NCBI RefSeq assembly: GCF_032191835.1
Contig: NC_083226.1
Location: 21,266,001-21,330,000 of the forward strand
Length of the DNA: 64,000 nt
Reading direction: 5' to 3'
Origin: Heteronotia binoei
Lineage: Eukaryota
Positions within the stretch are counted from its first letter, which is position 1; each line of letters opens with the position of its first letter. Below the pieces are notes generated by a model. That model ran no database searches and was not told the DNA's origin. It worked only from the letters and a program-made list of their open reading frames with translations. Position numbers and translations under genes: made by a program. Below, in pieces: positions 61,501-64,000 of this stretch.

Positions 61501-63592
61501 TCTGACCTCTGAAGAAGACCAGTCTAGGTCAAAATGCATCAGGTCAAGTTAAGGGGGTTCCCATTGTGATTTTATGTTTGTACAAAGAATAGAGGCTAAT
61601 GGTGGACCCCTAAATGGTTTTAGCTTTCTTTAATAAATATAGGTATGTTTGCTTATGATATATTATACAGTTCGCTTTTAGCGTTTGGCCCTTTAATTGC
61701 ATATTAACCTTTTAGGTTTCTTATTACATTTTATGACACACATGGCATGGCCCAAAGAGTTCGACACCCCGGTGTTACAGGAATCCCAAAGAATGATAGT
61801 TGGACAGACTCTGAGTGTTGGCTGGCGTACTCAGTGTGGCTCCCCCGTCCAACCTGAGCCAAGATTCAGCACCAGGAGTCCACTTGCTGTCATTCTGCAG
61901 GGTTCGTGTAGCAGAAGGGATGTGGGGATACTCTCTGTTTTATTATCTGTTTGTTTTTGTGACTTGTTGATGTCTTGTTCTTATAGACATCTTGATAAAA
62001 CTGTTGCCCTCCACCACTGGTGTATTTATTGCCCTTGAATCCTTTTAGTGGAAAAAGAACTTCTTTGCCTTTAGGCAATACAAGGAATAAGGGGGAGAGT
62101 TGCTTAGCTGTTAAGTGATGTTACAGACACTGTCCAATAGATACGGATGACCAGGGGTGGCTCTTTTTTGTAAGCTCTTGGAGGATTGGCTACGTCATGG
62201 GGGTGTGGCCTAATGTGCAAAGGAGCTCCTGCTAGAATGCCACCCCTGTGGATGACGCTGTAAACACTGCATTGGCAACAGCGTTTCAGACTGCTGTTTG
62301 AACAATGGAATTTTGTGGTTTATGTGCTGGGAAAACACACTATTTGGAACACAAAAACATTTGTTTGAAGGAAGACCTCTAGATTCCCATTCAGTGCCAT
62401 TGTAGTCTGCAAAAAGGAAAGTTAAAAGACCAGCAGTGCACGGCGTAGGGTTGCCAATCCCCGGTTGGAACTGCATGCCTTTTAAATGCCTTCCCTCCAT
62501 TTGGAAATAATGAAGGATAGGGGCACCTTCTTTTGGGGCTCATAGAATTGGACCCCCTGGGACAATCTTTTTGAAACTTGGGGGGTGTTTTGAGGAGAGG
62601 CACCGGATGCTATGCTGCAAATTTGGTGTCTCTGCCTCAAAAAACAGCTCCCCCAGGGAGCCCCAGATACAGATCAATTTATCATTATGCCATATGGGAC
62701 TCGGTCTCCATAGAGTATAATGGAGTGCCCAGCAGACATGTCCTTACCCCCCCCTTCTGATAACCCTGAAGCAGGGGGAGGGCCTCCAATCTGGGGGATC
62801 CCCCGCCCCCAACTGGGGATTGGCAACCTTATAAAATATGATGTTATTATTGTATTTGATGTAGCTTCACACTTGTAAGCGTAACCGTCACCACTGGTGT
62901 GTTTATTGTCTTCAAATCTGTAGAGCGGAACCCCCCCCCCCTCTTTGCCTCTAGGCAATACAAGGAATAAGGGGGAAAGTTGCTTTGCTGTTAAGTGATG
63001 TTACAGACACTGTCCAATGCATGCTGATGACACTCAGGGCTTTTTTTTTGTAGCTGGAACTCCTTTGCATATTAGGCCACACTCCCCGATGTAGCCAATC
63101 CTCCAAGAGCTTACAAGACTCTCAGTACAGGGCCTACTATAAGCTCCAGGAGGATTGGCTACATTGGGGAGAGTGGCCTAATATGCAAAGGAGTTCCTGC
63201 TGCAAAAAAAATCCCTGGTGACACTGTTAACACTGCACTGGCAACAGCCTGGAAAGAACAAAGCTTTCAAATCCCCTAGCATCCAACCTGGCTTTACTGC
63301 ATCCTTCCCCAAAACACCACAGTGAAGCAGATTCAGGAAAGCCAAAAGATGTGCTTAGGGATGCCAGTTCTGCAGGAAAGCAGGGAAGAAACCGAGCGTC
63401 ACATGACCACTGGAGCCAGACTGAAACGGTAGGGTGAGAAATGACCTCAGCCATCTTTCTAGGGTGAGCAGCGCAAGAGCCAGCAGGCGCTGAGCGACGC
63501 TGAGCAGAATACATACTGTGAAAGCAGGAGACTCCCCGTTGCTTTTATAATTCCACTCCTGGAAAAATATATTCACTTTGGCAATTCCATTC
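58511..63592 (-). CDS. SCNN1A: Epithelial sodium channel alpha subunit, last two coding exons: 63592-63517 (76 nt) and 58831-58511; rest lies right of the window
   Basis: [26 protein letters not shown]|[32 protein letters not shown]...LPSYNSLE. The TM2 selectivity filter GSS and the C-terminus resemble sauropsid alpha-ENaC; GT-AG sites; 76-nt penultimate exon as in mammals. Confidence 0.93.
59325..59522 (+). mobile_element. CR1 3' UTR fragment
   Basis: Matches the 3' UTR of the 1528-1882 copy. Confidence 0.8.
61055..61278 (-). mobile_element. tRNA-derived SINE (second family, possibly Squam2)
   Basis: GGTGGCTCAGTGGTAGAGCATCTGCTT..GGTTCAATCCC head and (CATATGTT)n tail. Copies at ~41222-41433(-), 42050-42250, 54476-54682, 59683-59890(-). 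Confidence 0.8.
61283..61355. repeat. AT-rich (ATA)n low-complexity tract
   Basis: Direct reading. Confidence 0.9.
62012..63250. repeat. Local duplication in the last SCNN1A intron (units ~62012-62290 and ~62889-63250)
   Basis: Shared CACCACTGGTGT...TAGGCAATACAAGGAATAAGGGGG...GTTAAGTGATGTTACAGACACTGTCCAAT...AACACTGCA.TGGCAACAGC. Confidence 0.9.
62448..62832. mobile_element. TAGGGTTGCCA-TIR non-autonomous DNA transposon
   Basis: TIRs TAGGGTTGCCAAT / ATTGGCAACCTTA; related shorter elements at ~20950-21150, 35445-36018, 44652-44865. Confidence 0.7.
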
Positions 63593-64000
63593 CTAGTAAT
63601 GAGAGAGGGATTGAGTGAACCTAGCGTCACAAGAATGGGCACCTTCAACACAGTCTGATGTGCCTCCCCCCCCCCCCCCCCACCATGCACTTCTTCCGTT
63701 CTTTCCAGATTTCCAGTGTGCAGCCCTTTCCTAAACCTGTCACGAATGTGTCCAGCTTGAGGCTGCCCAAACCACACCGTAGTGCATCAAAACTCTGGAA
63801 GCAATAGGAGTATTGGCCTGGATGAAAAAGGAAAAGTACCCTGTGCAAGCACCAGTCGTATACGACTCTGGGGTGACGTCGCGTTCATGTTTTCACGGCA
63901 GACTTTTTATGGGGTGGTTTGCCATTGCCTTCCTCAGTCATCTACACTTCCCCCCCAGCAAGCTGGGGACTCATTTTACCGACCTCGGAAGGCTGAGTGA

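Larger units (their letters stand above)
60475..61772. mobile_element. Same hAT family as 159-647, opposite orientation, with a ~740-bp nested insert
   Basis: TSD TATTACAG/TGTTACAG; insert 60980-61722 bounded by a 14-bp duplication ATTACATTTTATGA. Confidence 0.8.

Noticed and set aside
1-64000. CRISPR arrays or prokaryotic-type systems
   Set aside because: Spliced vertebrate locus; repeated motifs are dispersed SINEs and MITEs, not repeat-spacer arrays.

Overview
Eukaryotic (vertebrate) genomic DNA from a squamate reptile, most likely a gecko (inferred from Squam3-, Sauria- and 5S-type SINEs plus BovB and CR1 LINEs). It is the NCAPD2-MRPL51-VAMP1-SCNN1A neighbourhood (human 12p13.31). From left to right: the 5' part of NCAPD2 (minus strand, 8 coding exons, with scaRNA U85/SCARNA10 in an intron); a bidirectional promoter; complete MRPL51 (plus); an intact but strongly diverged tandem paralog of VAMP1 (plus, 120 aa); canonical VAMP1 (plus, 119 aa); and the last two coding exons of SCNN1A (minus). 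The rest is dense, nested transposon sequence: CR1, BovB/RTE, L2, L1-like, SINEs, several hAT MITE families with 8-bp TSDs, Penelope-type pieces with decayed hammerhead ribozymes, and a solo-LTR-like element. The most notable observation is the VAMP1 duplicate. It keeps exon structure, SNARE core layers and the zero-layer Arg, but has rewritten the SNARE surface, most clostridial neurotoxin scissile bonds, the juxtamembrane WW/basic patch and the TM helix, and appears to use a different promoter type. All calls were made by reading the sequence and comparing with remembered homologs; no searches were run.
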